From contig OX597817.1 of the NCBI GenBank assembly GCA_951406725.2, positions 496,001-560,000 on the forward strand: DNA of 64,000 nt, read 5' to 3'. Shown here piece after piece: positions 39,002 through 53,639 of this stretch. The stretch comes from Octopus vulgaris. Its lineage: Eukaryota. The translations under genes and the position numbers were made by a program. A model generated the notes under the pieces. That model made no database searches, had not been told where the DNA came from, and saw only the letters and a program-made list of their open reading frames with translations. How positions within the stretch are numbered: position 1 is the stretch's first letter; every line of letters begins with the position of its first letter.

Positions 39002-39490
39002 ATCATCATCGTTTGATACCTGTTTTCCATGCTAGCCAGCCACGAAGCTGTCCAGACTCCAATAGTCTGTTGTAGCAGGATTTCTACAGCTGGATGCCCT
39101 TCCTGATGCCAACCACTCTACAGAGTGTGCTGGGTGTTTATTATGTGCCACAGGCATGGGTGCATTCATGCAGCACTGGCACGAGTTTCCCTCTTAAATC
39201 GCTTACACTCTGTCATGTATGCACACTGACGTTACCCATCCAGCAGAGCATGCTAGCTTTATAGCCAAAGCCCATATTTCACTGCCATGTAACATTGCTG
39301 TATGTACACAGTCATCATACAATCTCCCTTTCACCCTGAAGAAGAGGCCCTTAGTTACCAACAAAGGTAGAAGCTCTGAACTTTGCCCAGCCCGTTCTTA
39401 TTCTAGTAACTACACTTTCAGAACTTCCTCCTAGACTGCTACCTTGGTCACCTAGGTAACAGAAGCTACCCACTACTTCTAATCTACTAC
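39002..39490 (-). mobile_element. RTE 3'UTR and coding fragments
   Basis: 39200-39490 is the reverse complement of the RTE segment at 61390-61600. Confidence 0.75.
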
Positions 39491-41079
39491 CCTCATGAGG
39501 AGGAGGAGGAGAAGGCCTGAAATTTTGTGGTGAAGGGGAACAGATAATTAAATCTTTATTTAATTTATCAATTTATAATTTATTTTATCAACCCAAGAAG
39601 AATGAAAGACAAAGGTGATCTTGATTGAATTGAAACTCAGAAGATGAAGTGCTGGAGCAAATAGAATAATAGGTACCTCTTCTCACCAAAACATTCCACA
39701 TTCCATCAACGACTCACACAGTTCATTATATACATAAAGCAATGAAAGAGCAATTTTATCATGGGTCAGCCACATTTGGACCACTGAGATGTTCTTTTAT
39801 GGGCTTTGGACATTTTCTAAAAAATTTTTCAAATTTAGGCCATTGAGCAGACAATCTTTTGTATAACAATTTGTTTAATTTTTGCTTACATATGAGTATT
39901 GCCAATAATGGAAATAGAGTGGTGGGGGTCACCGGGATATTTTCATATATAAGAGCACACTTAAAGGAACCATATGAACCAACTGTACACTACTGGATGG
40001 ACATGCAAGCTGTGGACTGCCATTATACTTCATATATTGCACATAGATGAAATCAAATCCATCCCCATTACTCAGAAATGTTGATATTTCTACTTCAACA
40101 CAAGAATACAAATTTACCACTGAAAGGGTCAAAATCCCTGCACATAACCAGTACCTATTATATCCACTTCAGAAAGTTGGAAAGCAAAATCAATCCTGAA
40201 ATTGAAATTCAGGACATAGTAATACAAAACTACATACTACATAGCACAGCAATCTATAGTTTCTGCCACTCCTCAGCTCTAAAAATAAATAAATGCGTGA
40301 ATGTGTGTGTGTGTGTGTGTGTGATGGTGGAGATAAAATGAGGATGACGTATGTAAAAATCTATGTATTTATGCATAAAACATGAGAATATGAAAAGAAA
40401 TTCCTAAATTTATCCTTGAGATAGAAAGCAATCAGCCACCACCACACACTCTATATGCAGTGAACACTTATCTACACTGGCCCCCATTCCACATATACCA
40501 ACCAACAACCCAATACCTAAATCAATCTTCAAAGAAACTAAGCCACTTTGACGAACCAATTTCAATTATCTCACAAGATCTTAACGATGTCACTGGATCC
40601 TCTGTTAGTTTCAGCTATAATCATTCCAGTCTACTCATTGAATTAAAATGTAAGTAGTTGAGTATTCCACAGACAATCTATATCCTTAATGTGATCATCA
40701 GGCAGAATCAGCATGATGCCAATGTGTGACATATGTGGAACCTTTGAACCACAGGTACAATCCATCAGTTGACATCTACCAACTTTTATTTGCAAGGCTT
40801 TGGACATCTTAAAACTTTAGTTATAGACATCTTGTCTAAGATGCCATGCAGTTGGATTGAACTGAAGACTTCATGATCACAAAGTGAACTTCTTGACCAC
40901 TTAATCATGCTTGCAATCATTAATAACCAATTGATTGACAGAGAGAAACAGCAAGGAGAAAAGAGAGATAGAGATAGGAGAGAGAATTTGTTAGTTATTT
41001 GTCCCAAAAATTTTTGGTTCCTGTCACCAATAAAAGAAATATTTTCCTGATTTTCAGAAATAATGATAACTGTAGTAAT

Positions 41080-41720
41080 ATACACATGGAACAATTCATC
41101 GATATTCATGTGGATTCCCAGGTAATGCACCAACTCTGACATAAAGAGAGCAATTCCCTTGGTCCTGTGTATTCTGATTGCAATCTGTTTATGGGTCAAT
41201 AGCAGAATATTGTTTGCTTCAGCCCACTTGTATATTGCATTCAGGTTTTTTTGTAGTTTTGAGTAAGCATCAGGGTCCTTGACTACTTGCAAAACCTTTG
41301 TATCACCAACATAGCTACTGAGAATGGCTGACTGTATGACTGATAGCGTGTCTGACAGAGCCACAAACAGGAATGGTCTCAGTACAGTTGCCATGGAGAC
41401 TCCTTTTAATACTGATGTCTCCTCAGAAAGAGCACCGTAGGCAATGACAGCCTGACTCCTATTTTTTTAAAAAGTCATACACTTTCTGACATATCATCTC
41501 TTGATCAACGAAGTCGAAGGCCCTGTTAAAGTCAAGATATATCACATTCACATCTGGATGAAAGAGCTGTGGAGGGCAGCCCCTTAGGGGGCAGAAGCCA
41601 TCCAGTGCATTCATGAGCAAGTTGTTTTCTTCAGGGAATGTGATCCATGACTTAGCTAAAATGTAAGGTTACAGAGTTGGCTTGTCATTCTTAGCATCTG
41701 CTCTGCTTCCTCTTTATGAG
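41080..41720 (-). mobile_element. Old LINE (CR1/L2-like) RT fragment
   Basis: TVLRPFLF..SSYVGDTKV..LQKNLNAIYKWAEANN is a decayed RT core; LDFNRAFDFVD lies upstream. Confidence 0.8.
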
Positions 41721-43543
41721 GAGGCCATATTATACATGCATACATGTTTTTAAAATTTTGGAAAGTTTGTCACATGTGCAGAAACTCTGAAAAAGTATCA
41801 GCAGTGGTTTTGCAAGAGCTTTCTTCTCTGTGTGTGTGTTATAAATTAATTTAATCGTGATTTTTATGTCCCTTTTTTTCATGTTTGCTTGGGTTGAACA
41901 TATCTTCTGTGCATGTATAAGTACATATAGGACATAAAGATGAAATTTAGAATATAAAAAAAAAAAGGGGAGGAGGGCATGAAAGAACAAGCTGTGCAAA
42001 GATGGGGCAATTAAAATTACAAAGCAGTAATGAGGATGAAATTTAGAGGAAATATCTTTTTTTAATATTCATCAATATCATGAACACAAAGACACACAGA
42101 CATACATATACAGACTCAAATGTGTGATTACACATACACATGTAAACATGCAATCACTCAAACAAATATGCAAACATGCATTCACATACAAACATATCAC
42201 ATATGAACGTGCTATTACATACACAATGTGCACTGATACACACAATCACTAGTGCACTCACCTTTAGACAAACATGCACACATGCACACATACCTGAGAC
42301 CATACTGAGGCATAGACACAAGTGCACCAAACACACACTTCAGATTTGCACATTCAAACACAGTATAGTGTGTGTGTAAAATATATTTTGCTGACAGAGT
42401 GAATGAAAAAAAAGGGAGAGAGTGGACAAGAGAGCAAAATGGGAGATGGTAGGTAAGCAAGAGAAAAATGATAAAAAGGGGGGGTGAGGAGAGGGTGATA
42501 GAGGTAGGGAGATGAAAATATATAGAGATCAAGAAAATGAGGGGTATGGGGGGGGGGAAAGACAAGGAGAGACAGAAAGCGGAAGTGATAAAGAAAAATG
42601 AGGAGAAATTGAGAGAGAGAGAGGAAGAAAAAAAAAGTCAAGTTTAAATTAAAATCGTTGCAGAAATTTAACAAAAAATAAAAAGGTTTTCTCCTCTTCA
42701 AGATTTATTTCTAAAACGAGAAAAAAGATGTCGAATAGAGAAGCTTGTTAATGATCAATTATCAAAACTGGAAAATTGATTTCTTTGACTATGCAATAGG
42801 CCAGTGATGTTAAGAATCATAGAGCATTACAGCTGCAGACCCAGTTATATTACAGTTATTTAGTGCATCAATCTGCTGAAGAGATGAAGAGCAAAAGTCA
42901 ACTGCAAATGGATTTGAATTCAGAACACTAAACTCATTAAAAGAAAACAAAGTGAATAAGATAGAGGCTAGCAGAGAAAGCAAGTAAGTGAATGTGTGTG
43001 TGTGTGTGTGCATGCATGCATGTGCTCGTGCTTACTGCAAGAGAAGAGAGAGGGGGAGGGAAGAAAGAAAGGAGTGCAGTAAGGGAGAAAGGTACCTACA
43101 AATAAGAGGGCAAGAGATCACAGAATATCAGGGGTGAAGTATTTAGGACAGACCAATCCCCTCCAACTAGGATATTACATAAACATGAAACTAAAGGAGG
43201 GATGTTGTATAGCTGTTCTCATCACGGAAAAGTTGGTGGTGGAAGTAGTAGTAGTAGTAGTAATGCTGATGTTTCATAGATCATTATTTAACATCTGTTT
43301 TCCTTGCGGGTATGGGTTGAACAGTTTGACAGGAGCTGGAAGGCCAGAAGATTGCACACAGATATATGATGGGCTTCTTTCAGTTTTCGCCTACCAAATC
43401 CACTCACAAGGCCTTGGTCAACCCAAGGCTATAGTAGAGGACACTTGCACAAGGTGTCACACAGTGGGATTGAACCCAGAACCACGTGGTTGGGAAGCAA
43501 GATTCTTACCACACAACCATGCCATTGCCTATATATATATATA

Positions 43544-44198
43544 CTAGCAGTATCGCCCGGCGTTGCTCGGGTTTGTAAGGGAAATAACTATATAAGCATC
43601 TTTAGAGAGTTACTTCCCTTATATATGCCAAAAATGCATTAAAAATGGGAAAACTTGATGGTAAATTTTTTTTTTAAATCGTAGACTCATCGTAGACGCG
43701 CGCTAATAGGCGCAGGAGTGGCTGTGTGGTAAGTAGTTTGCTAACCAACCACACGGTTGCGGGTTCAGTCCCACTGCGTGGCATCTTGGGCAAGTGTCTT
43801 CTGCTATAGCCCCGGGCCGACCAATGCCTTGTGAGTGGATTTGGTAGACGGAAACTGAAAGAAGCCTGTCGTATATATATGTATATGTGTGTGTGTTTGT
43901 GTGTCTGTGTTTGTCCCCCTAGCATTGCTTGACAACCGATGCCGGTGTGTTTACGTCCCCGTCACTTAGCGGTTCGGCAAAAAGAGACCGATAGAATAAG
44001 TACTAAGAGGTGGTGCTCCAGCATGGCCGCAGTCAAATGACTGAAACAAGTAAAAGAGTAATACCCAGAAGGGCTCGATATGAATCACGACTGTAAGATA
44101 CATGGTTTTGGTTAAACTGCACCGCAAAATGTGGGAGTAGTTAGGAATCTAAATCGTAGGAGACAGACAGCACACAACCTCGCTTTCATATATAAAGA
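43544..44198 (-). mobile_element. Non-autonomous Helitron
   Basis: On the minus strand it starts A|TC at 44198 and ends with hairpin CCCGAGCAACGCCGGG followed by CTAG|T at 43544. No TSD. Confidence 0.85.
43709..44058 (+). mobile_element. Young tRNA-derived SINE nested in the Helitron
   Basis: GGCGCAGGAGTGGCTGTGTGGTAAG..GGGTTCAGTCCC head, TAATA target duplication (43704-43708 / 44059-44063), CpGs retained. Confidence 0.9.
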
Positions 44199-44436
44199 TA
44201 TCTTGCCCATTATCCAAAGTTTTCAGTTTTAATCCAGTGTTCATATTAACCTTTATCACCTAACCTTCCCCACCACAACAGTAATTCTACCATTACAATG
44301 AGTAATTTATAGTTAACCAACCAGTGGGTGCAACATTTCATCATGATTAGAGTGTTCCCATAGATATTTGAATATGTTAAACTTTTCTTTTCAGAGTTAA
44401 CAGGTTAGTGATAAAAAAATTGTGAATGCTTTAAAG

Positions 44437-44781
44437 CAATGGTTCTCAATCAGGGTCCATAAAAGATTTGGTGGGGAGGGGGGGGGGGGGGCATGCAACA
44501 AAATAATAAATTGAGGATCCACAATAGTATTTTAAGAGCCCCTGAAAAGATTTTGCTTTAGATGCATGTATTGGTATGTATTGCAAGAAACAGCCAGGTT
44601 TCTTTCTCTAACATTTTACGTCATCCAACCTACACAAGTTAATGTGTGACAAAAAACAAATGGAATTTGGAAAGAATTATCTATAAAACTAGTTTTTATA
44701 CTTTGAATGGACATGGGGGTCCACCAGAATGAAATAACAACCAAAGGGGGTCCATGAATAAAAAATGGTTGAGAACCCCTG
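44437..44781. mobile_element. hAT (Charlie-like) MITE
   Basis: TIRs CAATGGTTCTCAA / TTGAGAACCCCTG and 8-bp TSD CTTTAAAG / CTTTAAAA. Confidence 0.9.
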
Positions 44782-47700
44782 CTTTAAAAGAAGAATAAAA
44801 TATGTTACAGGTTAGTAGGGGGGGGATGAAGTTAAACAGACAGGGTAGACAAGAGTGAGTTGGTGGGAGGTGATGTAAGGAGCCTAATCAGGTGGTGGTG
44901 GTAGGGTCTGAAAACTTAAATTATGGTGAAAAATGCTGTAGCATTTTCAGCTAACAGTACTGATACAGCATCAATAAAAGACAAGAACCCTAACAACAAA
45001 AGAGAGCAGTTGACTACAAATATTTTCCAATCTATAATTTATTTTTGACAGAAAAATTTAACTTTTCCTGCTGCCTGATTGAATAGGAAAAAAATGAAGG
45101 CTGAAGAATGAGAAAGAAAAAAAACATTGACTGCAATAATAGTAAACTGTATGTACCTACACTGCACACTCCACCGCACATATACACACAATACCAATGT
45201 ACTTATGCTACACCCACACAAACTGTATATACACTAACCACAGTTCTCAGGCTTCACTGAAAATGCAGTTAAATCTTTAAACTACAATGTTAGCTTTAAA
45301 AAAAATGGACACATTAAATATGATTGTAGATATGGATTCTATAAGATATCACATCCATCTAGGTTAGGATCTTAGATACACTGTCCATGAAAAAAAAATG
45401 ATGGGATAGTCAAGGCTAGAATGGCTTTTGATCGCAGGGCTGCTGCTTGACCAGAACTAATCTGAAGCTAAGCCACTGTACACAGGATGCTGTATCTACT
45501 ATATCCAAACACAAATATCACATGCACTGACACAAAGTTATATCAATGTCTTCACATTACACTTAGAAGAGAGCCAAGTCATTTGCCAATATAGAAATAG
45601 CAGCCAAATTTTCTTCAAACCACAAACTACAGTCACAAAGGCAGAAAAAAAAATTAAAATTAAGTAAAATAAAATAAAATAAAATGAAAGGGATAATAAA
45701 GTTTTAAATGCATATCATCCTGAAAATAGGATGGGGTAGTCATGGCTGGAATACCTTTGATCACATAATTCTGTTCAATCAGAGCTGACTTAGAGCTAAC
45801 TAATCAACAACACCCATACTCCACACAAATCAGGTGTCATATCACACTACACATTATCCTCACAAACACAAACTTCTATCAACCAGTCTATACATTACCT
45901 ACATACAACCAGTTTATACAATACCTGTACACAATATCAAACCACACACACACACACACATGCCCATCCTTAACTAATCTACACAGGTATTGACTGTCTT
46001 AACCTGACTTCACGCAGTAGTCACTGTTTTGTACACTTGCTTAGACACAGCAACATACTATACCTACACAGCATCTGCTAATACATTACATTATGCATAG
46101 CATCAAGCCGCACCTACAATAACATATAACCCACCTAATCGCCAACACAGAGTAATGGGTTTCCAGTCATGATATAAAGTATGAAATTTTATGATATAAA
46201 AAGAAATTTTTTAAAAAAAACTAAGTTCCATGACCCTACACTGCAACCCTTCATAACTCCCACCAAATCCAAGTTTTCATTTCGTTTTTTTCCCCTCCCA
46301 AACTCTTTATCTGTGATTTTTCAAACTGAAAGTTAACCATACTCATCCCATGCATTTATCCCTAGAGACCCAGTTTAAAGCAACCTTAAAATAGACCACA
46401 AGCACTGCACCGTGTCTGTCTACCCATGAGATAAATGAATGAAAAGATAAACACCCAGGTAGGTGGGGAGAACCTGCCTTACTTTGATGTTGAGTAAACT
46501 GTGAATCAAGTAGGTGAGTTTTGTAGTAGCACAAACGTATCAAATTAATTATTCCCAATGACTAACCTAAATATTTTTAACCTCACTGAAACCTTATAGT
46601 TTAGTTATGTTATCTTTTGGGCTTGACCTTCCCATGTACATATGATGGTAAATATGTTCCTGGTAAGCCAATTAGTCTACAACATTTTCCTTGACTCTTT
46701 GGTGGGGGAGTTAATTGCTTTCTTAAGGGAGGAAGGGCAGCTTCCATGACTCTTTTCAGGGCTGCTATGCCAAGAGTGGTAGAAGTCATTCCCAGACTGG
46801 GGATCCAACACCAATGATTTCAGCCTGTAGTCATTAAATGTTAACTTTTGTGTGTATGCATGCATGTTTTGTTATATACCCAAATGATATATAATTTGCC
46901 TCAACAAGTTGTGAAATAGTTCTGTGCCACACAAGCATACAAAAATAAATATTAAAATGATGGTGTGTGTGTGCATCCTTATGTTTACTTATATATGCTT
47001 GTGTGGCACACAAGTATCTCACAACTTGAGGCAAATTTTCTATAGATGGATGCTCTTCCTGTCATCAACTTTCACCTGTTTCCAAGCAAGGTAATATTTT
47101 CCTTAGTCCTTTGAACAACAAACAGATGAATGACCAAACATGTTTTCACTGAAGATTGTTAACAAATAACGCCATTTATATGAATGGTGGCTTTGTTTAC
47201 AATTAGTCTGCAAAGATCAAGAGAAGAGTAATATACACCCCCCCCCATATATATTAATATATGATGGCCTTCATACATGCTTTCATTCACAAGTCATTGG
47301 TTGAGACAAGATGAGAGTAAAAGACGAAGGTGATGGGCAATGGAACTGAATCCAAAGCCACATGACTACAAAGCAAACTGCTTCACCACACTGCCATGCC
47401 AATAGATAGATATTAGAACATCTATGCAAACATAAAATATGTTAAAAAGTAAGATACAGGTAATTGGCTTGTATATAGATAGAGCTAAGCTGTCAGCAGG
47501 TATGTGAGGTCAGTTGATAAGGTGAATCTTAATTACAGTTGTGGTAGATGACAATTGACAATCTTCATTCAAGTATTAACTTTTAAAATACTATACTGGA
47601 ATAATGATTGTCAATTTTACTTTATCACCAATCTCCTTTAGCTTGTGTCTATATATGTAAATGTGTTTATACATATGTGCACGCATGTATACATATATGT

Positions 47701-48370
47701 TTGCGTGTGTGTGTTATCATTGTATAACTATATCAACCTGACCATCAGATGCGGGGTACATACTGCTGGTTACAATGTGCTTCTTAGGCAAGCAGGCTAA
47801 TATCCCTTCTGAACAGGGGATGCCAGTCCATTGCAGGGTCACCCATTTACAGCTGCTGAGTGGGTCGAAACAACACAGAATAAATAGTTTTGCTCAAGAA
47901 CACAATGCAACGCCTGTATGGGAATTGAAACCACAATCTTGCAATCATGAGTGCAATACCCTAACTACTACGCCATAAGCCTTCACATACATATACATAC
48001 ACACATGCAGCTATGTATGTGACATGTTTTAGTATTCCAACAGCTTAACAGAACCAATAAACAAAAAAAAACCTGGCAGGCTTTATATATTATATATATA
48101 TATACATATATGATCATCAACGTTTAACATCTGTTTTCCATGTTGGCATGGGTTGGACGGTTTGACTGAGGTTTGAAGGGCCAGCAGCTGCACCAGGTTA
48201 CAATCTGATCTGGCAATGTTTCTACAGCTGGATGCCCTTACTAACGCCAACCACTCTGAGAGTGTAGTGGGAGGAATTTCTATTTTAGTATATATACTAC
48301 CAAAAATAGTACTATGTCTATATGTGTATGTATCTGTGTGTATATGTATGCATACACACACACACACACA

Positions 48371-48596
48371 GAGTAATCCCTCAACTATCACAGGAGTTAT
48401 GTTCCAAAGCCTCCCACAATAGGTGAAAATCTGTAAAGTAGAAACAGTACTGTACTGTATATTTTTTTTAATTATTTTTATAATTTGTATATATTTATTT
48501 TATTACAAATGCAAAACAACACCAAGGAAGAATCGACAACATAAGCTTAAATAACAAACTGCAATTGGTGATCCACAATATGGCAAGGGATTACTG
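48371..48596. mobile_element. Tigger/pogo-like MITE
   Basis: TIRs GAGTAATCCCT / AGGGATTACTG within CA/TA microsatellite. Confidence 0.7.
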
Positions 48597-48633
<37 letters not shown>

Positions 48634-49053
48634 TATGAAGTGGACATACATGTATCTGGATAGATACACATGTATGCATGTGTATACACATATATGCATA
48701 CACACACATCCATAACCATATTTATAGACACACTTAAACTCACGCATCACATTAAGGGTTTTTTTTTCCTTTTTGACAACTGTTTCCTCCTCTCTCTCCT
48801 TCACCCAATCACTCATACTTCTACCATCAGCTTAGCTCTATCTATACATAAGCCAATATCACTGTGTATCTTACACATCCACACATTATGTTTGCATAAT
48901 TTGAAGGATGGATAGATAATCTTCTAATCCAGTTCGTATGGAGATTTGGGAAAGACAAACTGGAAGTGAGCAATAGAAAGAGGGAAAATGAGGGGCGAGG
49001 TACAGAAAAAAAAAAGAAAGAGTGTGCAAAAGTGCTATAGAGAATGAAACTAA

Positions 49054-49098
<45 letters not shown>

Positions 49099-50091
49099 GA
49101 GAATAGGTGAGAAGGATTTAACACTTTTAAGAAAATATCAATTCTGTTAAATAATATTTATCGACTTTATTACTATTTTGTATTATTTGTTTTTGCATTA
49201 TTAATGTTTGCTTTGTTTGAAATTGATTTACAAAACTCTGAGATATTTTCAGTAACCATAAAGTAGGTTTATTAGAGTGGAAGAGGAGAAGTAGCTGAAT
49301 ATAGGGGGTTCCTTGATGTTTGATGGCTGTTATTAATCTGTTTAGGAAAGAACAGCGACAGAGGAATATACATAGGCTGGAATGGTAGCATGGTACATAC
49401 ATACATATGCATAGACGCAAGGAAATCGTAAAAAGACAGACAGACCCCGCTGACAGTTAGACAGACACAGACGGCAAACAGATAAACATACATACACACA
49501 CACACAAGATGGTAGACAAATAAACACACTCGTGCTGGTAGACAGACACACATGCACACACATAGAGGATAGTGCAAATACACACACATAGAGGATGGTA
49601 TGTAGAGACAGTGAGAGATGCAGGCCACCCAGTTTGTAGGCAGAGATGAAAACAGACAGGAAGACAGACAGACAGACAGAGTGACATATACAAACAGGAT
49701 AACATATATACACAGGATGATAGAGAGAAAAGAGACAGACATACATAGATAGGGTGACAGACAGACAGACACTGACAGGATGATAGATAGATATACACAG
49801 TGACAGACAGACAGAAGGCAAATTCAGACAGGATGATGGGCAGAAAAACAAGAAAAAAAATCAATAAAACCTAAGTTAAATATGAATGCAGAAATGTTAG
49901 TTTAAAAAAAAAAAGAACTTTTTGAACTGTCTTGTTACTGATTAGTAGTAGTAGTAGTAGTAGTAGTGGTTCATTATTGTAAAAATAATAATAGTCATGG
50001 TGGAGATGGTAGCAATATTTAGTTGAAGTGGAGCCAGTACTTTGCAGATAAGGTGGCAGTAGTACTGCTGATACCTGTATTACTACAAGTA

Positions 50092-50622
50092 CAGGGTGGT
50101 CACTGAAAAACTGAAGGGTTTGAAAAAGTCAGAACTTGTTTGTTTTCAATCTTTTTTTTTTTTGCTTGTTATAGGGAATCCCTTGGAGATTAAAATGGCC
50201 ATGTATTATGTCCAGCAACGAGTAAAACTCATTGAGTTTTTCTATTCCAGTGAAAAATCAACAATTCAAACCTAGAGAAAATACCAGCAACATTTTACTG
50301 TCAGAATATCTTCTAGTGATAACATGATTTGGAACCTAATCACCTGGTTTGAAAGAACTGGATCAGTCAGCAATATTCCAGGAAGAGGTCCTAAGCACAC
50401 CATGCACACTGAAGCTGTATGGCAGAATGTCCTTGAGGACCCATCAGCCTCTACCCTTCGTCACTGCTCAACTCGGCATCGCCAGAACATCACTTCAGAA
50501 GATTCTGAAACTGCATTTTAAAATGTTTCCATCCAAATAAAATAATTAAAAAATGTTTTAAACCACGTGTTTGTAAAGGTTATCCTTGCTTTATATCATT
50601 CAATCTTTCAGGGGCCACCTTG
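50092..50622 (+). mobile_element. Internally deleted Tc1/mariner-superfamily element (rosa/maT-like N-terminal HTH)
   Basis: TA|CAGGGTGGTCACTGAAA ... TTTCAGGGGCCACCTTG; residual peptide WFERTGSVSNIPGRGP..VLEDPSAST. Confidence 0.75.
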
Positions 50623-50999
50623 AAGCAAGCTACTGTTTGGTCCCTTGGCCGGCCAGCTCTGATAAAATAAACATATGACTGAAGGTATTCAAACTGTAAC
50701 AGTCACATCTGTTCATATATTAGGGACTACATAGTCTAATGTGTCCTTCTTTTCACTTAGGTGTTGAGGAATATTTGCTTTTTTTAGCAGGTCAAGCAAC
50801 CATACAGCAGTTCCTACATTGTCGAATTATTAGTGGTAGTTGTGGAGGGGATGGTTGTAGAGGCAGCAGTGGTTAGTGGTAGCAGTAGTAACAGTGATGA
50901 TCAAGGTAGTAATGATACAATAGATAGTAAGAGAAAGAATATTAGAACAGTACCTAGACTTTAATCCAACTAAATAGAAAGTATATCAGACACCATTAC

Positions 51000-51232
51000 C
51001 TATTTCTTTATTACCCACAAAGGGCTAAACACAGAGAGGACAAACAAGGACAGACAAACGGATTAAGTCGATTATAAAGACCCCAGTGCGTAACTGGTAC
51101 TTAATTTATCGACCTCGAAAGGATGAAAGGCAAAGTCAACCTCGGCAGAATTTGAACTCAGAACATAATGGCAGACGAAATACGGCTACGCATTTCGCCC
51201 GGTGTGCTACCATTTCTGCCAGCTCTCTGCCT
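51000..51232 (-). mobile_element. tRNA-derived SINE with target duplication
   Basis: Reverse complement of the 27503-27735 type, flanked by CAGACACCATTACC on both sides. Confidence 0.9.
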
Positions 51233-51948
51233 TAACAGACACCATTACCACCACCACCACATCCAACACCTCACAAACTCAAGTGGTAGGTGGCACTCCA
51301 TAGAAAATGAGTAATGAGAGAGGGGGAGTGATAAAATCCACAGCAGAATTACTTTCATCTCTCTAGTTAGACTTTTCACACATAAATTTTAATTTTACAT
51401 TTGATAGGATCTAATGAGTGAAAGTGAGAGAGAAAAAGAAAGGTTGATGTCCAGATCACACACTTTAAAATAACCTACACACATATATAGATAATTACAT
51501 ATATTCCCATTGTACAGAAATATACACAAAAACACATTCACATTATATAATGAGAAAGTGCACACACACATTATATAATATTAAAAAATGTTAGTTTGTC
51601 ACATGTCTAGAGGTTCATCAGATTGAAGCTTATCCTGGATTCTATGACATTTAAGCAATTGTGAGTAAGAAGTCTAGCCTCTAGATGGGAAGTCAGTTGA
51701 TCACAGTGTTAAACACAACCATCACTGGCACTCATCTTATATGTATGATACAACTTACTGACGGCTACAGATTTGATTCATGATTGGAGAGATGTTCCAG
51801 TTTGACAACAGATAACAACATTATGGTGGAATAGATCTGTATATAGAGCTATAAAAATTTTAAAAGATTGGCATGGAAAAACTAGGAAAAAGAAGGCAGC
51901 AAAGAACAATATCATGTGGCTAAAGAGAGGAGCCAAGAGACAAATGTA

Positions 51949-52156
51949 CAAGGGGGTGCTGAAAAGGGTATTGCGAAAAGTCTGGTTGGAGGCCCAACCA
52001 TCTGAGAGTTCTTTTACAGGGCTTAGAAAAACAGAAGAACCACTGTAATAAGTGTGTAAATCTGAGAAGGGAATATGTTGAATGAAGTCATAATAAACTG
52101 ATCCTCTTGAATTTTCTTTTACCCAAACCCGGCAACTTTTCAGCCTCACCCCCTCG
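51949..52156 (+). mobile_element. Mariner-derived MITE
   Basis: TA|CAAGGGGGTGCTGAAAAG ... CTTTTCAGCCTCACCCCCTCG; retains a transposase 3' end (GGGAATATGTTGAA). Confidence 0.75.
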
Positions 52157-53639
52157 TGTATACAGCTTGAAGAGAAATAGAAGGCAATAGATTTATCAGA
52201 GTTCTACAACAAGAGGATCAGGAACATGAGGTGCTTCAGACTGTGAAGCAATGTGACAAGGTAAATCATACCACCGGGGAAGAGAGTGTTTGAAATGTTA
52301 CTGGTGCACTTACCAGTGTTTCATCATAGTCAGTTTATTTAGAGACAAGACCCAGTCCCAACAGATTGCTCTCTCTCCTCTAATTCATTCACTGCCATAT
52401 TTGATAGGCTGAACATACTGCCCATTTTTATACCACCATCTCACATTTATCAGAGATCACTCAGTTGCAAGTATCGCCAACCAAATATACCTCTACAATT
52501 AATAAAACCTCTCCCACTCACATTTTCCTGCAGGCATACTACCTTGAAGACATTCAGATTAGGCATCGGTTGCATCAATCTCACAAAGAAAAAAAAGAGA
52601 TGAGTCAAGAGCACTATACCTTACCAACACAGGCTAATTGGATACAAATACAAAATACATTCATTCACAAAGGAGTAATACAAAAAGAACCCTAACTGAA
52701 TTATCATCCTCTTTTTTACACTTGCATGTGTCAGCTGAGAGACCATGCCAGATGCCCCTCCTAACACCAACTCCCACCTGTTTCCAAGCAAGGCAATAAT
52801 CTTTCAAGTTATAGTATAATGAATAGCCCAGGCATGGTTACACTGATAATTGGAAACAAAATTCCTCATTTGTAGAATCATTTCTTGAATAAGATTAAGC
52901 AACATGTTGAGATGCCTTAAGAAACCCAGACATGCTTTCACAGTGCACTGAAAGCAAAGGACACTGTGTGGAACAGTGAGACTTTTGTTTACAATAAGCA
53001 AGTAGGTGTGAACAGAAAAGGAAATACAAACTCACTCAAACACACACATATATATATATAGGTTTCTTCAGCTTCCATCTACCAGTATTACACACAAGAT
53101 ACTGGGTAACCTGTGGCTATTGTACAGGACACAAGTGGACAATCTCCATGCAGTGGGACCAAGCAGAGTCTTAACTACATGTTTCCAAAATGAACTTCTA
53201 AACCATACCACAATGCCTGCACTTACAATCATGTGCAATACATGTGGCAGTAATCTAAAATGGTCAAAATCTCAAGGGTTCAAATCACCTGAGGAACTAA
53301 AGAACATTTTTTAGTAGATTATTGACTGTGTATGTTTCTGTATTACTGAGTCTGATACAAGTACATATATTGTGTGCACACATGTTTTCATGAGTTTAAT
53401 GGGTGCTAGTAAGCGTATAAATTCATAAATTTTCAGAAGTGTATGTTTGTGTACATGTGTGTGTCTAGGAAATGTATACACCTGAATGAGTGCAATGTAT
53501 GAAAGCTTGGGTCATATGATGTGTGTGCTAATGTCTGAAAGTCAGTGTGCAGGGTCGGGGAAAGAACAAAAACATACTTCTCTGTGCTATGAATAAACCT
53601 GTCTGTAAGTGTGTATGTATGCATGTGTTGATACAGAAG

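Noticed and set aside
44933-44971. Pre-miRNA-like hairpin (ATGCTGTA..TACAGCAT)
   Set aside because: Only about 39 nt with a large bulge; too short.
46483-46498. 16-nt micro-exon (similar candidate of 9 nt at 52625-52633)
   Set aside because: The acceptors are mediocre, such AG/GT pairs occur often by chance in 38 kb, and the three-exon model does not need them; only junction reads could rescue them.
46677-46825. Protein-like frame LKSLVLDPQSGNDFYHSWHSSPEK as an exon
   Set aside because: Poor polypyrimidine tract and no donor; more likely a decayed retroelement remnant.
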